The notes beneath the pieces were generated by a model. That model did no database searches. It had not been told where the DNA came from and saw only the letters and a program-made list of their open reading frames with translations. Below are positions 53,790-68,010 of a stretch of 124,000 nt of DNA, in pieces. Source of the stretch: Octopus vulgaris. Taxonomy: Eukaryota. Location of the stretch: positions 26,184,001-26,308,000 of the forward strand of contig OX597823.1 in the NCBI GenBank assembly GCA_951406725.2, read 5' to 3'. The first letter of the stretch is position 1; each line of letters opens with the position of its first letter. Made by a program: the position numbers and the translations under genes.

Positions 53790-54760
53790 TGCTATGGATT
53801 AGTATTATAAGAGCTAAGAGGTAGGTTGGAAAAACTGGAATAAAAGGTGGGTAGCAGATAACTATACTGAGAAGCTAGATGTTAAGTGTATTTGGCAAAG
53901 GGAGATGCAGAAAGTAAGGAGTTAGTTCTGTGGTGTGAAGATTGGAAGAATGAAGTGTTTCAGATTGCAAGGAGAAAATTAAGAAGACACGAGAGTTGTG
54001 TGTATGAAATGAGAATGGTACTTTTGCACTTACTGGTATTTAAAAGAAAGAACCATGGAAGTGTTATTATGAAAAGTTGTTAAATGAAAAGACATGGGAG
54101 AAAGATGGTTTTCCTTGAGAGTACTTTTCTTGAGAAACCAGCCATTCAGGTTGACAGCAGTATGGTAGATTTATTAAGGATATGAAGGCAGGGAAAGCAC
54201 CTTGTCTATGAGGAATAGTTACTGAGTTGCTTAGAATATATGGAGTATGGCACAGCTTAGTCAGTCAGGTAATTCAGTTGATCGTGCTTGACAACATGAT
54301 CATCAACTATTACATGAGCAAAAGTAATGCATTTGAGAGAATCAATTATAGAGACATCAAACTGTTGAATTATGTTATGAAATTTACAGAAAGTGTAATA
54401 GCTTGATTGATTAGGGAATGAATTTATCTGGATGAGATGCAGTGTGGCTCTGTGCCAGGAAGAGTTACTACTGTAATAATTTTTCTTGTGAGACAACTAC
54501 AGGAAAAGTATTTAACCAGCAGTAAGCCACTATAATTAACATTTTGTCAATCTGAAGAAATCCTTTGACCAAGTTCCATGATCTATAATCTGGTGATCAA
54601 AATAACTGCACTGTTATGGACATATGGAGTACAATAGTTGGTAGTTAGTGCTCTAAGTGGATGGAATCTGGAAAAGAATGAAGACAGCTTTATAGATGTT
54701 GAGCCTCACAAGAGATGAAAGGGACTGAAGGTGACCTGCAGAGCTGGAGAACACCTATCT
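53790..54760 (+). mobile_element. Degraded RTE LINE, N-terminal RT region
   Basis: Decayed LDEMQxGxVPGR.TT...FLVRQLQEKYL...DLKKSFDQVP motifs at ~54420-54590. Confidence 0.65.
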
Positions 54761-57700
54761 TCCTTAGCAAGTTTAGTGAAGGGAATGCTAAAATGAAGTT
54801 GGGATGGCAGCTGGGACGTCCTCTCACTTTCATAACTCACTCTTAGCTCTTTCACTCATTTTCCTCCCACTTATACTCCGATATTCCCTGTATCATGCTG
54901 CCTGTATGCAAGATAGCAGTGGACCTTTCCCTGTGCACCATCCTTACAGTAGCGGAAGCTCTTTAGTCTTGCAAAGTATAGCTAGTAGCATTATAATAAA
55001 ATGCACCTTGTACATTGTGTAAATTCGCTGGTGAATTAAGCAATGTAGGACTTAAAGGACTTATTTGTTTTGCTAAAGGGCATTGCAGCCTCTCTAGTAG
55101 CTGGTGTTACAAAAAAAAAAAAAACATGGTCAGTACAATCTGTAAAAGGATTGGTGTTAGGTAAAACATTAAGGCATAGAAATCATACCAAAAACTGAGA
55201 TTTGAGAGTGAGACATGGTCCTCTGACTCATCTAGAAGGGCAATAACTCCAAATAATAACTAACTTGGACCATAACAATCAGTCCAACCCATACCAGCAT
55301 GGAAAACAAATGTAAAAATGGTGGTGGTGGTGGTGGTGGTGGTGGTGGAAGATAAAATTATTAGCGATAGATTGAGCAGAATGAAAATGAGAGAAAATGG
55401 TAGCTTAGTTGAGAGTGTTTGTAAGAGATGGTAGAATACTAAGCTATGTGTGTGTGTGGGGGGGGGGGGGTCTGTCATTATTGCAGATTGGTCCAAGAAG
55501 GAAAGAAAAGCAGGTGGTGCAGATTTTAGCTGAAACTCAGAACTTTGGTACTTTAAAAAAAATAGTATGTATCACAGTCACTTGTCAGTAACACTATAAT
55601 GAGAATAATTAAAAAATCTGAGAATTTTATATGCCATAAAAAGTATGTAGCTTATAACGCATATGAAACCTTATTTATCTGTGAGGTGTTTTTGTAAGGA
55701 ATGTGCTCACACTTTGCCTAGAGCATGAAAGTAAAATGAGTTACCCTGCTTATCGGGTTTATGACATGAAATAAATCCTAAAGTTGTGATAAACTTTTTC
55801 TTTCTATGATAGCATAACAGCTTTTTTCAAGTTTACGAAAGTTTGCAATATGAAAATACCAAAAATAACTTATTTATGACTAATTATTGAATGAATGACT
55901 TGAGTAAATAACAAATCTAAATGGTTGATAGGGTGCCAGATAACTAGTCAGTGATTCATCTCCTATCACTGGTATTGTGTCTGCAACCAAGATACTGTAC
56001 TACCAAATAACTCAATCAGCTCTAAATAGGTACTGCATGGTAAGCAGCAACAAAATTGTAAAAGATGGAATCAAGTAGCATGAGAGAATGTTGAGCCTGA
56101 CATATGTTTCATTAGCTTACAGTGCTAAATTCATTTCTGCTTCTAGGTATAGCTTAGCAACAGATGTACTCCTTCAGGTCCCTAGATTCACTACTTCATA
56201 TATTATCTTTAGAGATTCTCCCATTACTTAAGGTAGTGATTTCCAACCTGTGTGCTATGAAGTTGTCAGGTCAGAATATTTTATTTCATTTCCCAATTAA
56301 AAGTAAGCATTCATTAGATTTGTTTTTACTGTACAATGAATGTCTAACTATAGGAGAAATATGTTTGTAGTGTTTTGTCTTATTTTTAGTAAAGCAAATA
56401 TGTTGCCACCTTTTAATGCTTGGAAAACACTGACCTTAATGGCTTATAGGACTCCTCACCAGATAATGGCTGGACTTTGAATTGAAGATCTTTTGCTAGC
56501 ATTAAGTAGAATATGAGTGGTTTCAGGTCTCTTTACCCAAATTCACTGTAAATCTCAGAGTTCTAAAACTCTTGTTTAAGAGTTGAATATTCATGATAAT
56601 TATCATTGGAGAAAGTGTTGCACATTCTGCATTGTACTGTTGCTAAGGTTACTGTGTCAACAACGACTTCACTTTTCTCTGTCCTCAAACTATGCTGAAA
56701 TACTATTTTTAAAGCCAGGAAATGTTATCAGGTAAGGATGGGGGAGAATTAAAGGGTGTGGTTGTAGTTATAATGATAGTACTGTGTTTTTAAAGACTGG
56801 AAGATTTTTTTCAGCTCTTCTCCCTAATTTCTGAAGAGGGAGATTGTTATTTAAAAGATGGGGAAAAAAAAGATCCTATAACTCATTTGAGGAACTTGGC
56901 CTTTTTTTTTTCTGTTTCAATGCAGGTTCAAGAAATAGGTTGATATTTTTTAGGGTAGGGGTGGGGTGGAATTAAGGATGGAGATAAAGTGGTGGCAGTG
57001 GTAATGGCAGCAGGCAAGACCAGGTTTGAAATTAAAAATGAAAACAATGTTGGGTAGAGAGGGAGTACAGTTATATAATAAGTAGCAAACATAACCATGT
57101 GGCAGGGACTGAAAGAATTTATTGGCATCATCTCAAAACAAGAAAAGAAAATTTTGATGGTTTGGTTTTGAAACTAGTCAAGATCTAAATAAAATAGACC
57201 AACTGTCATAGTGCCCCATCTAGTTCATAAGTGTATGAAAGATGAACATGAAGGCTATGATGATGATGATGATGATGATGACTATGTGGCATTTGAAATT
57301 GAGGATAGTTCTTACAAATTAACGAGTAATCGTAAATGACATTTGTGTAGTTTGGTTGCAAAGATTGTGTGTGTGCCTGTGTCTGGAAGAGGAGAGGTAG
57401 GAGAGAATATAACAGATATGCTATTGTATCTTTACCATTCAATGCCTGTAAGTTGAGGAGGCCGTTGGATGCCACAACTTGTTTGGAAACTTTATTACCT
57501 CTTCCTTCCCCTTGGTTAAATATTTTTTTGATGTATTTTTATCATATTTTAGCCTAGTGCTATCATTCACCCTTTCAACTAATATCTGTTTACATGAACT
57601 TCAATATCTTCCAAGATGTTCTGTTGTTTTGACTAATTCTTCATTGTGGCCAACTTGCCTGATATTTCATTATTTCTTCATTTCTTTGATGGTTATTGCT

Positions 57701-59489
57701 ACTTTTGCTGAATAATATATATTCCATCTAATCTTGCAATTTTCCAGAACAAAAAATGTTTTTGTTATTTTATGTGTGTATGTGCATGTGTGTGAGAGTG
57801 TGCATGTGTGTGAGAGTGTGCATGTATAATGTATAATGTGTGAGTGTGATTTTAAAAATTAATCTTTATTTTCATGCAACTTTTTATCTGTTTGGAATAG
57901 TACCAGTTAATATGAAGAATTCATGTATATCTTCTTTATACGTTACCATTTACTACTGTCTGTTTTATATTTTCTGGCAAAACTAGCTTTGTTAGTGAAC
58001 CAGCAACTTCCTTGTGGAACATTTTTTTCCTGTCCATATTTTCCGTCTAACCACCAGTTTACAAGTCAAATGTAGTAATAATTATGAGGCACAGTGCTTT
58101 CAAGGATCATTTCTTGGATTACTGATCACAGGTGTTTTTACTTCTGTAGCCATTGTGTTGTGTCTGTCAGCAAAGCTCTTAATTCTGTTTGCACCAGCTA
58201 ACCCGAATAAGCTCTTTCCTTCTTCACAGTTGACTGGTAACTGTAACAAGTAAACTCATGCAAAAAATATTAAGTGGCTATGTGGTTAAGAAGTTTGCTT
58301 TCCATTCACATGGTTTAGTCCCACTGTTTGGCGCCTTAGGCAAGTGTCTTCTGTTATGGTCTTTCCTGACCAAAACCTTATGAGTAGACTTGATACATGG
58401 AAACTGAAAGAAGCCCCATTGTATATATGTGTGTATGTTTGTGTCTCCTTGTCTTGGCATTGCATGATTGCTGTAAATGGGTCATTCATTTCCAGTATTT
58501 TGTGAAACCATTGAAAAATATTACCTGGCTTGGAAAAAATTGTGGGTTAGCAAGAAGGAGGGCATTTAGCCATAGAAAATCTACCTCAGTAAACTCTAAC
58601 TCCTGCAAGCATAGACAAGTGGATGTTAAAACAATGATGATGATATATGTATGAAGGCACGTAGCCTAGTGGTTAGAGTGTTGGGCTTATGACCATAAGT
58701 TTGTAGATTTGATTCCTGAACTGATGCTGCAAATTGTCCTTGTAAGGGTCTTTATTTCACATTGCTCCAGTCTGATCAACTGAAAATGTGTAGCAGCCTA
58801 ATACTGGTGCAGCTACCCCTCCTTCCAGCTGTCTTATCCTGGATATTCCCCTAGATTAAGTATGATAGTGCTGAGCAAGCATCTATATCTGCTTGCAACT
58901 ACAGAGGCACCTACAACTAATGAAAGCATGGTACCAGTTATTATATCACAACTTGTTTGCAAGTGATAGCTAATCTATGGATAGATATTATGTATGGCTG
59001 TGATTAAGATGTTTGTTTTATAACCTTATGGTTCATGTTCAATTTCAATGTGTATTACCTGATGTGTCTTCTATTGTGGTCTCAAGTGATGAATATTTAT
59101 ACAAGTGGAATTTGGACAAAAACTGTCGAAGGCTGTTCTACATGTTCCCTTTGTGTCTTGTGAGCAAGCTGTGGGGCAAATTGAGTTGGATAAAATAAGT
59201 ACTGGGATGATAATAATTAACTAAACACTTGGAGGCAGCTGCCCAGTATACCTGCATGTCAGTGAATGAAACCATTAAAAAAAAGAGAGAGACAGAGAGG
59301 TTGTAGTCTGAGGTATTGAAAGAAGGAACTGACAGTAAATGTAATGACCATGCACTTTTCAGTTACTCTTTCTATAATATTGAGTTCACTTATTTTTGGT
59401 GCTATGTATGCACAATATGCAAAGTCTATTCATGTATAATGTGTGTGTGATTAATTTGGTTAAACTTATTAGTTAAGAGAAGAAATTGA

Positions 59490-59760
59490 TATATCAGCTC
59501 ATGCTACTTGGAAAATGTTGTTTCAGCTGTTTAAATTTTCAAACCTTTTGGACTAAATTCATATCTACTCAACAGTACCCGAATTGTTCAAAGAAGGCAA
59601 TGCAAATCTGGCTTCCATTTGGTTCAGCATTTTTGTGTGAAACAGGCTTTTCTGCTTTAGCAAGTATAAAATGAAATACAGAAGTTGTCTACAGGCAGCA
59701 GATGACATGCCTTGCCTTGACAAGCATTTACTCTAGAATCGATGAGCTTTGTCAATAAAC
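59490..59760 (+). mobile_element. hAT (Buster/Charlie-type) transposase C-terminal dimerisation-domain fragment
   Basis: FW...QYPNCSKKAMQIWLPFGSAFLCETGFSALASIK*KYR. Confidence 0.75.
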
Positions 59761-61404
59761 ATAACATTATTGTAGGTTATATTTCTATGTGCATTTTACT
59801 TTCACTTAGTCTACATGTACAGTACTTCCAACTTTTTAAACTTGTCTAACACTGTGGTGAAGAAAGAATTATAAGGATGCTAGTTGTATTTTGCCTTTTT
59901 CATTAAAAAGGTAGTAGTGGTGGTAGTTGGCATTAATTCTTGTGCGTATGTGTCTGGCTGTGGTATTTGTCAGTTCGGGAACCACTGAATTAAAAATAAC
60001 CAAAGAAAAACATCAAGAGTCTGAGCAAAACTAGTGTCAGTCTGTGTCAACAGAAATAGTTAATATAATTTGTAAGATTGTGTGCCTTGAGAATACTTAC
60101 AAAAGCTAATTCTGAGCTTCAAAGAAGAGCCTTCCTTGACACATTGGAATTCAACTCTGCTCACAGCACACAAACTTATCCTGTTTTATAAATTGCATCC
60201 AAATATCTGTTGAGGTATTAGGTCAGCTTTTCATCGTTAAATTTAGATAATTTGAAGAGTGTGTGTGTGTTAATCAAGGTAATATTGGAGACTTGATGTA
60301 TGTGAGATTAATGCATTTAACTACTGAGTGGTGTCATTGAGTAGAACACCATTTACTTCACTTTACATGGCTGATAAAAGAAGTTCTTCCCTCATATTTG
60401 TTGTTGTTTAGCCCCAGGTCTAGCAGACTTATGATCAAAGATATTTTTATTGTGACCATCCTGTCTATTTGTATATCAAGGACTACATTGTCCAATGTGA
60501 CCTTATTTTTACTAAAGCGTGCAATTTGAAGGAGATTTGGTTACCATTTCTTGTACATTGAACTCCTTCACTGGCTTGTCTTGATTTTTTTTGTTCACAT
60601 ATGTCGTATTTACATAGCCTAAAAATATTTTTTCAGACTCAGTGTATCTTGGATTATAGATCCAATGTACCCTTCTTTATTTTATGTGACAAGTTGTGAT
60701 TTGAAGGAATTTTAGCTCCTGTTTCTAACAAGACAAGCAGTTGTATAGAGGCACCCTCATTGGTTAGCTTCATGGTTGAGTGGGTTCTTTTTTTCATTGC
60801 TCTTCCACTTTAACCCACAAACCTTACATTGCTCAAACTAGGATAGAAAAGTAGGTGCAAGACATTAAGTAATTGTTTCTGACATTGGTATAAGGCCATA
60901 GATTTAAGAAGTGGTTAATCAATAATATTGATTCCAATATTTTGACTATTAGTTTATCAGCCCTTGAGAGATGAAAGACAAAATTGACCTCGAGATTTGA
61001 AATCGGATATAAAAAGCCAGAACAAACACAGCAGGACAGTTCAGTGCTCCAACAATTCTACCATTTCCTTGATTCTATCACCATATAAACAACAATGACA
61101 ATGAAAATGAAGATAAACAGCCACAATAGTGATGCTAGCTTGCTAGTATTTATATATATAACTGAAAATACAGATCTTCTCACCACTTTCTCTCATATGT
61201 ACAATGTAGGTATATATTAAACTCGACTGCTGAAATCTACAAGTTTTGTTCATTCTCTCTCTCTTTATTTTCTCTTATTCCTTTCTGTTAAAGAGTGTGG
61301 GCCCAAAATGTAAAAGATTTTTTCATCTTCCTGAGCATCAAGTTAATACACTTGCTTGTTGTTCACACATTTGTCTTCGTCTTTAGTTTTTCTCTAAATT
61401 TCAA

Positions 61405-61449
<45 letters not shown>

Positions 61450-61454
<5 letters not shown>

Positions 61455-62190
61455 GTGTCCTAAAAGGCACTGATGTGTTTCAGTTTTTAATAACTTCATT
61501 AACTTTACAAATAAATGCATGAAATTTTGATACAATATAAAGGACATAATGGAAATTAATATGCACAAGTCAAACTTTGCAACACCACTACATCACATAT
61601 GAAAAATGACAGCCATTTTCGGCTTCACATGCTTGTGCTCTTTCCAAAACTTGCATCATAACACCCTCAAGAGTTTCAGACCTCACTTCTCTGATTTTTC
61701 TATTGATGTTCTCCTTCAGTTGTGCCAGGGTCTCCGGTTTGTTGACGTAAACCCTCTATTTCAAGTATCCCCACAAAAAATCCCGGCATTGTTGACGCAG
61801 GAGATTATTCTCTCTCCAAAGCACTGCTGTAGCAACAGCATTGTTTCTCTTGCAGTATGAGCAGTTACTCCATATTGCTGGAACCATGTGTGAGGTCTAC
61901 TTTGAATGGTCTTCACGTTAGCCCAGATTTTTTATTGTGAGGATACCTGAAAGAGAGGGTTTACGTCAACAAACCAGAGACCCTTGCACAACTGAAGGAG
62001 AACATCAATAGAGAAATCAGAAGTAGGGTTTGAAACTCTTGAGGGTGTGATTGTGCAAGTTTTGGAAAGAGCACAGGCGTGAGAAGCCGAAAGTAGTTGC
62101 CATTTAAGTGATGCAGTGGTGTTGCAAAATTTGACTTGTGCATATATCAATTTCCATTATGTCCTTTGTATTGTATCAATTTCATGCAAT
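61450..62190. mobile_element. Tc1/mariner-derived fold-back element made of two opposed transposase 3' ends
   Basis: Inverted arms at 61516-61781 and 61927-62188, each with FFxxGYLKERVYVNKPETLAQLKENI-like coding remnants. Confidence 0.75.
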
Positions 62191-62193
62191 TAT

Positions 62194-62230
<37 letters not shown>

Positions 62231-63303
62231 TGTAAGCTTCACAGACAAGAGGGCACCTGTTGGGGAGGAAAATGAGAAACTTCTGAAATTAGTTTGTAGT
62301 CCAATCCTTGGTCTATGCACACACAATGTATATTATCATAATGTGACTAGCAGAAAAGTGTCTCATGGCAATGTTTCTACTGGTAATAATAATAATTAAA
62401 ATTTTGAAAATCAAATGCTTGTAAATCCATACAAAGTACTTTGATCAGAATTTGATTCTGAAGTATTGGGATTAGCTATGAAAAGATTTTACTATTTGTA
62501 CACTTCCTCTCTCTCTCTCTCTCTCTCTCTGTATCTCTTTCTCTTCCCCTCTCTTATTGTGTGTGTGTGTCAGATAGGGAGAATAAGAGGGAGATTTCTT
62601 GTGCTCATACAAAATGACTGAATCCATAAAAAAAAATGTGGGTATTGTCAATGATTGTTCTCTAACTGCTCTTCCTAACACACTAACCTACCCCTCAGTT
62701 GAGTTGGTAGCTATATTGTTTACACCTAGATTGACTGATACAGCGTAAAGTAAGTTAGCTAGGGGCACAGAGCGATGGTGATGAAGTTTGATCATTTAAT
62801 TGGTCTCGTTAACTAATAATTATCTCTTATCAGAAGATTCTATTAAATGTTATGTTTTAGAAAATATAGATTTTCAAAAGATAGTAAGATAATTGTAATT
62901 ATAACCATTGATTTTTTCTCCCTTTTAGTCTTTAGGTAATTTCATCTATCTAATAACGTACATGCTTAAGCAATGCCTTACTTATTATCTCTCCTTCTTT
63001 CCCTCCCTTCTCTTCCTCTGTGTGTGTGTGTGTATGTGTGTACTCACGTGCGCAAGCATATGTATCAATATCAAGATTTCAAGTCATTAGAACATTGGGT
63101 AGCTTCCTATGCCGTATTCATTTTGGCTTCTTACATCCTGAGTTTAAATCCCACTGGAACCAACTTACTTTATCTTTCATTCTTTTGGGATCAATAAAGT
63201 ACTAGTTCAGTACTAGGGTTGGTTCTTCTCTCTTTCACACATACCCACGCACACACACACACACACACACTTTCTGTCCAACATGTAGAATGATAAAATA
63301 GAT

Positions 63304-63488
63304 CAGTGCTCTGCAAACTTTTTTCACTTGCGATACACTTAAATTCTTTTCATAATTTGGCAGCACACCTGAACTAAAAATATAATTATAGTATAGGGGA
63401 AAAAATTATATTCAGGGTACACTGCAGCACACCTAGCATTGTCTTGTTGCACACTAGTATGCCATGGCATACCAGTTGCAGAGGACTG
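63304..63488. mobile_element. hAT-like MITE
   Basis: Termini cagtgctctgcaaac / gttgcagaggactg; degenerate 8-bp flanks aaatagat / gaatagac. Confidence 0.6.
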
Positions 63489-63971
63489 GAATAGACCAAT
63501 AAAAAGACAGATATAGTTTATCTCACAAAACCCAAAATCAAAACTCTCTGAAATTTGTTCCAACTATTTAACTATTTATTACCTGGACACTTCATTGTTA
63601 TTACTTATCTCTTTGGAGATACCACCGATTCATTATCCTAAATGTGAGTAGCCATGTAGCCCCTCTACAAGAACCAGCTGTACCCCAACCTCTTCTCATC
63701 CCTTAACCCCATCTAACATAAGGAGACTGCTCTCCTTGGGTTTTGTAAATGTGAAAGCTGCTGGTGTCCTGACAAAAGCACTCGACACACACTTATAAAG
63801 TGGTTGGTATATTAGGAAGGGCATCCAGCCATAGAAGAAACCGTGTCAAAGCAGGTTTCTATATATGTATTTGTATACATATATAGAGAAGGAGAGAGAG
63901 ATATGTATGTATTTATTTATTTATCTATCTATCTATCTATCATATATATATATATATATATATATAATAGT

Positions 63972-64347
63972 CGCAGGGTGTGGCTGTGTGGTAAGAAGTT
64001 TGCTTGCTTCCCAACCACATAGTTCTGAATCCAGTTCCACTGTATGACCCCTTGGGCAAGTGTCTTCTACTATAGCCTCAGGCTGACCAAAGCCTTGTGA
64101 GTGGATTTGGTAGATAAAAACTGGAAGAAGCCTGTCATATATATATGTACATGTTTGTGTGTCTGTGTTTGTTCCCCCAGCATCACTTGACAACCACTCT
64201 TGGTATGTTTACATCCCTGTAACTTAGCAGTTTGGCAGAAAGAGACCAATAGAATAAGTCCCTTGGGTTGATTTGTTCGACTAAAAAGGGCAATGCTCCA
64301 GCATGGCTGCAGTCAATTGACTGAAACAAGTAAAAGAATAAAAGAAT
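63972..64347 (+). mobile_element. SINE S1 full-length copy
   Basis: Same head, body and tail. Confidence 0.8.
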
Positions 64348-64441
64348 ATAAATGTATATATACCTATATTTGTGTGTGTGTGTCGTTAGTAGAAATAGAT
64401 TAATCTAGGGGAGAAGCACACTCTAAGATGTAGAGCAGTTA

Positions 64442-64630
64442 ATATTATAAAGGGAGCTGGTTTATGGGGTCACCCTGGGTTTCTCACTCATAACATAAGG
64501 AGTTTAAGCCTTACAGCACGAAGAGGTCTTAGGCCAGCAGTGTTTGGGGTCTGAAGATATACTGTAAGGCTAAACCCCTTATGAGTGAGAAACCCAGGGT
64601 AACCCCATAAACCAGCCCCCTTTATAATAT
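64442..64630. mobile_element. 189-bp hairpin MITE
   Basis: ~52-bp terminal inverted repeats (atattataaagggagctgg...ctcataa / ttatgag...ccagccccctttataatat), plus inner gccttacag/ctgtaaggc arms. Confidence 0.8.
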
Positions 64631-67619
64631 ACCGTATATATAAATATCACATACACACACATACATTAGGTGGATATTTTCAATCAAGATGGTACCACTG
64701 GATCTGATTCTTCAAGTGCTTCAGTACTGTGTATGTACATATATTTGATTGCTGATATTTAGCAATGGTTTCTCCCATTGTGTTGATGTACCACTTTCTA
64801 TCATTAATAAAACTGCCAGCATTTTTGATAACACGGGTATACTAGTCCTATATAATAATAGCTGAGTATTAGAGGCATTAACCAAAGAATACAAAAGTAA
64901 CCACACTAGTATGGACATGCAATAAAGAATGAATGACAAGTGTTGTGCTGATTGTAGAAAATAGCCATGGTGATCGGCGGCCAACAGATGTCACGGAATT
65001 GTGATGGCTTTACTATTCTGTATAGACCTTCATAAGCCATTCTAGTATAGGAAAATGTTGGTGATGATGGTATGTTTATTACAGCCGTAAATTGTCATCT
65101 CTTATGTGAGTGAAGCATCTTGTGACTAAGAATATTCCAGGTCTCTTAATCTTTCTCTGTCAAGAGTAGAATTTCACTGACAGCATATATCAATGTTTTT
65201 TCACTTAATATTCATTGTCAATTCACAGCACATGTCCACACCAGTGCAATTACCTCTCCTGCCTATATCAGTATCTTCAATACTAGTCTCTCCCTCTCTC
65301 TCTCTCTCTCTCATCTCACATGTACTCCACTTCTCATGTACTTTAACATTCCACATCCAATAGTCTGTACGTCCCGTTTATCCCCATAAACATTCTCAAG
65401 TCTTACTATGATACTTAATACACCTACCTTTTATGTGGAAAACCTTTTTGTTGGCATTTGAAATTCCCTGAATTTCCTCAATCTAGCAACCCGACCTTCA
65501 TTACAGCCACCTCTACTACTAATTACACCTCTCTCCTAGATAATGAATAGGAAATAAACTGACTGAAGTGTGTAAATATATGCATAAAGATAGAGGTAAT
65601 AGCCCAGAACATTCATAACTACTCTATTGATATATCTCCTTGCAATATTTCATTAATATTTCTTTTTTTTCTGATTTTTAAAAATATTTCTAAACCTAAA
65701 CCATTAATCATATCAGCATAAGTGACATATTGATCCCTTATTTATGTGTTTGTAATGTTATTGGGTTGACCCTGTTAGCTCTACTCTTCAACTTAGGTAA
65801 CAGAAATTTCCTATCAAATACTTGCAGTGAGTCATTTGACTTGCTGTACCCTAGATGTGCCATGTTTCAGTTTCATGGGTTAAGTGATGAGATGAATGGT
65901 AAGTGTTTCCCTGAGTCTGTTGGTGTTCTGCCATCCAGTCTGACCATCTGGTGGTGACTGTGGTAAAAGTTAGTTGGACTCTTTGATGTGGTGAGCCAGC
66001 ACAAACATTTTGCTTGGGAAGGGGCTGCACATTGAGCTTCACTTTGTCTCAATACATTGCCATTTAGGTCTCGGTAAATTCCTTGAATATATTTTTATAT
66101 TTTTATTTTTTATGACATTGCCAAAATTCTCTGTAAGCAGCATAGAATAACAAGAACAGTCTCAGAAAACCAAGCCTGTGACCCACTTACAAGTTTTGGT
66201 TCTTTCAGTTTCATGTATATTGCTAATGTTCTTGGGGAGATAACAAAAATTTTTTAAAACTTGAACATTGCAACATTCCATTTTTCCTCTCGTGTAAATT
66301 TGTAACATTGCTTTTCAAATGTAAAAGAAATTGCAATGTTGCCCTTAATGAAATAATTAGTTTGTTTATTTTATATCTAACCTTTACCTGAAAATTACTA
66401 TACCTTTAATATACTGACATCGTGTTTGTAGTTGTTGGTGTCATAGTCAGAGCCGTGTGGTTGAGTGGTTTGTTCCTAAATCACATGGTTTTTGGTTCAG
66501 TTCCACTGCGGGGCAGCTTGGAATGGACTTGACTACTACAGCCTTGGGCGTGGACTTGATTCGTCAGAAACTGAAAGGAGCTTTTTGTGCACATGTGAGT
66601 GTGTGTTTCAGTCACCTTGTCTTTATCAGATGGTGATTGTAAGTGAATGTCCCCATCATACAAGCAGTTTCATTTGTTTACAGTCTTCTGTGAATTGTGT
66701 CCAGCTAGGTGGCAGGATGGACAAATTCTGTTTGACCCATGCAACTGGTAGACAAACATTTACTTTTTAAGCCTTACTCTGGATGCAGATATGGCTGAGT
66801 AGTTTAAAAAGTTTGCGGCTGTGTGACTTAGGGTTCATTTTTCTACCTTAAGCAAGCATTCATTACTAATGATTGAAGTTGACTAAAGCCTAGTGAATGA
66901 ATTTTGGCTGACAGAAATTGTATGCAAGGGTGTTGGAGACACCTGTTCTTGGATTTAATTCATCACTTAATTTAACACTGTTATATGACCCTTGGATTTC
67001 TACTCTTGCAAGCAGTCAGACCAAGTCACCAACCTATAGTTGACTTCTTCCCTTCCTCCCACTAGTTTGGGTTGCTCTGAGAAAGGTCATGGGCACCACT
67101 CTTCCTACTGTGACCAAGCCATTAATTTCTGATTCAGCAAAGTTTGTACTATACTTAAATTGGGAGGGTCAGCAAGATTCACTCTTGCCCAAGTAATATA
67201 TATCATTTCGTTTATGTCATTTTTTCCCTGTTGGTGTGAATCGGAAGGAACTTGTTGAGATAATATTCCACAGTAGGATGTCCTTCCTGGCACCAACCCT
67301 AGTTTTATATGTATAGTACTTAGTGCTTAACATGAACTACTAGTTGCCAGACTTTAGTGTATGCGGGGTATAAACATTGTCACCACTATCCCTGCAAAGA
67401 CATAGATACAAACGCTTGCGCGCACATACACACACACACACAAATCTTGATTTTAAGTCTGCTTTACATGCTGGCATGGGTTGGATGAGTTATTGTGACA
67501 GTGGAAGTCAGTTTTTATTCCAAGTTACTGCTTTGCTAGGTGTGTTCAGGGGACAGTATCTTACCCATATATTTCATATTGGTTTGTGATTTCTATCAGT
67601 GAATGTCCTTCCTAACATC

Positions 67620-68010
67620 AACCACTTTACAGAGTGTACTGATGAATTCTATTGTGATACCAGCACCTCACAGATTCTTTTTACTTTGAGTACTTGGCAC
67701 TTTATGCAACTGTCATACTCATACCCATCACATGCCTGTACCAACATTGCATCTGATTCTTCTTATATCCAAATTTTCCCAGAATCCATTTGTAATCCAT
67801 TGTCCGTGCACACTAAAATTTCACATCAGGTGAAGCATACTAGCCTCACTTCTTTCTTGTCTTCAAATCCTCTGCATTTAAGATCCATGTCTCGCTTACC
67901 ATGTAGCATTACACTTTGCACATAAGCATCATGCAATCTGTCTTTAACTTGGAGAGAGAAGCTCTTTATTGCCAGCAAAGATAAAATAGGTCCTTGAACT
68001 TTTTCCAACC
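67620..68010 (-). mobile_element. RTE LINE fragment
   Basis: SLQVKDRLHDAYVQSVMLHG matches the other RTE copies. Confidence 0.6.
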
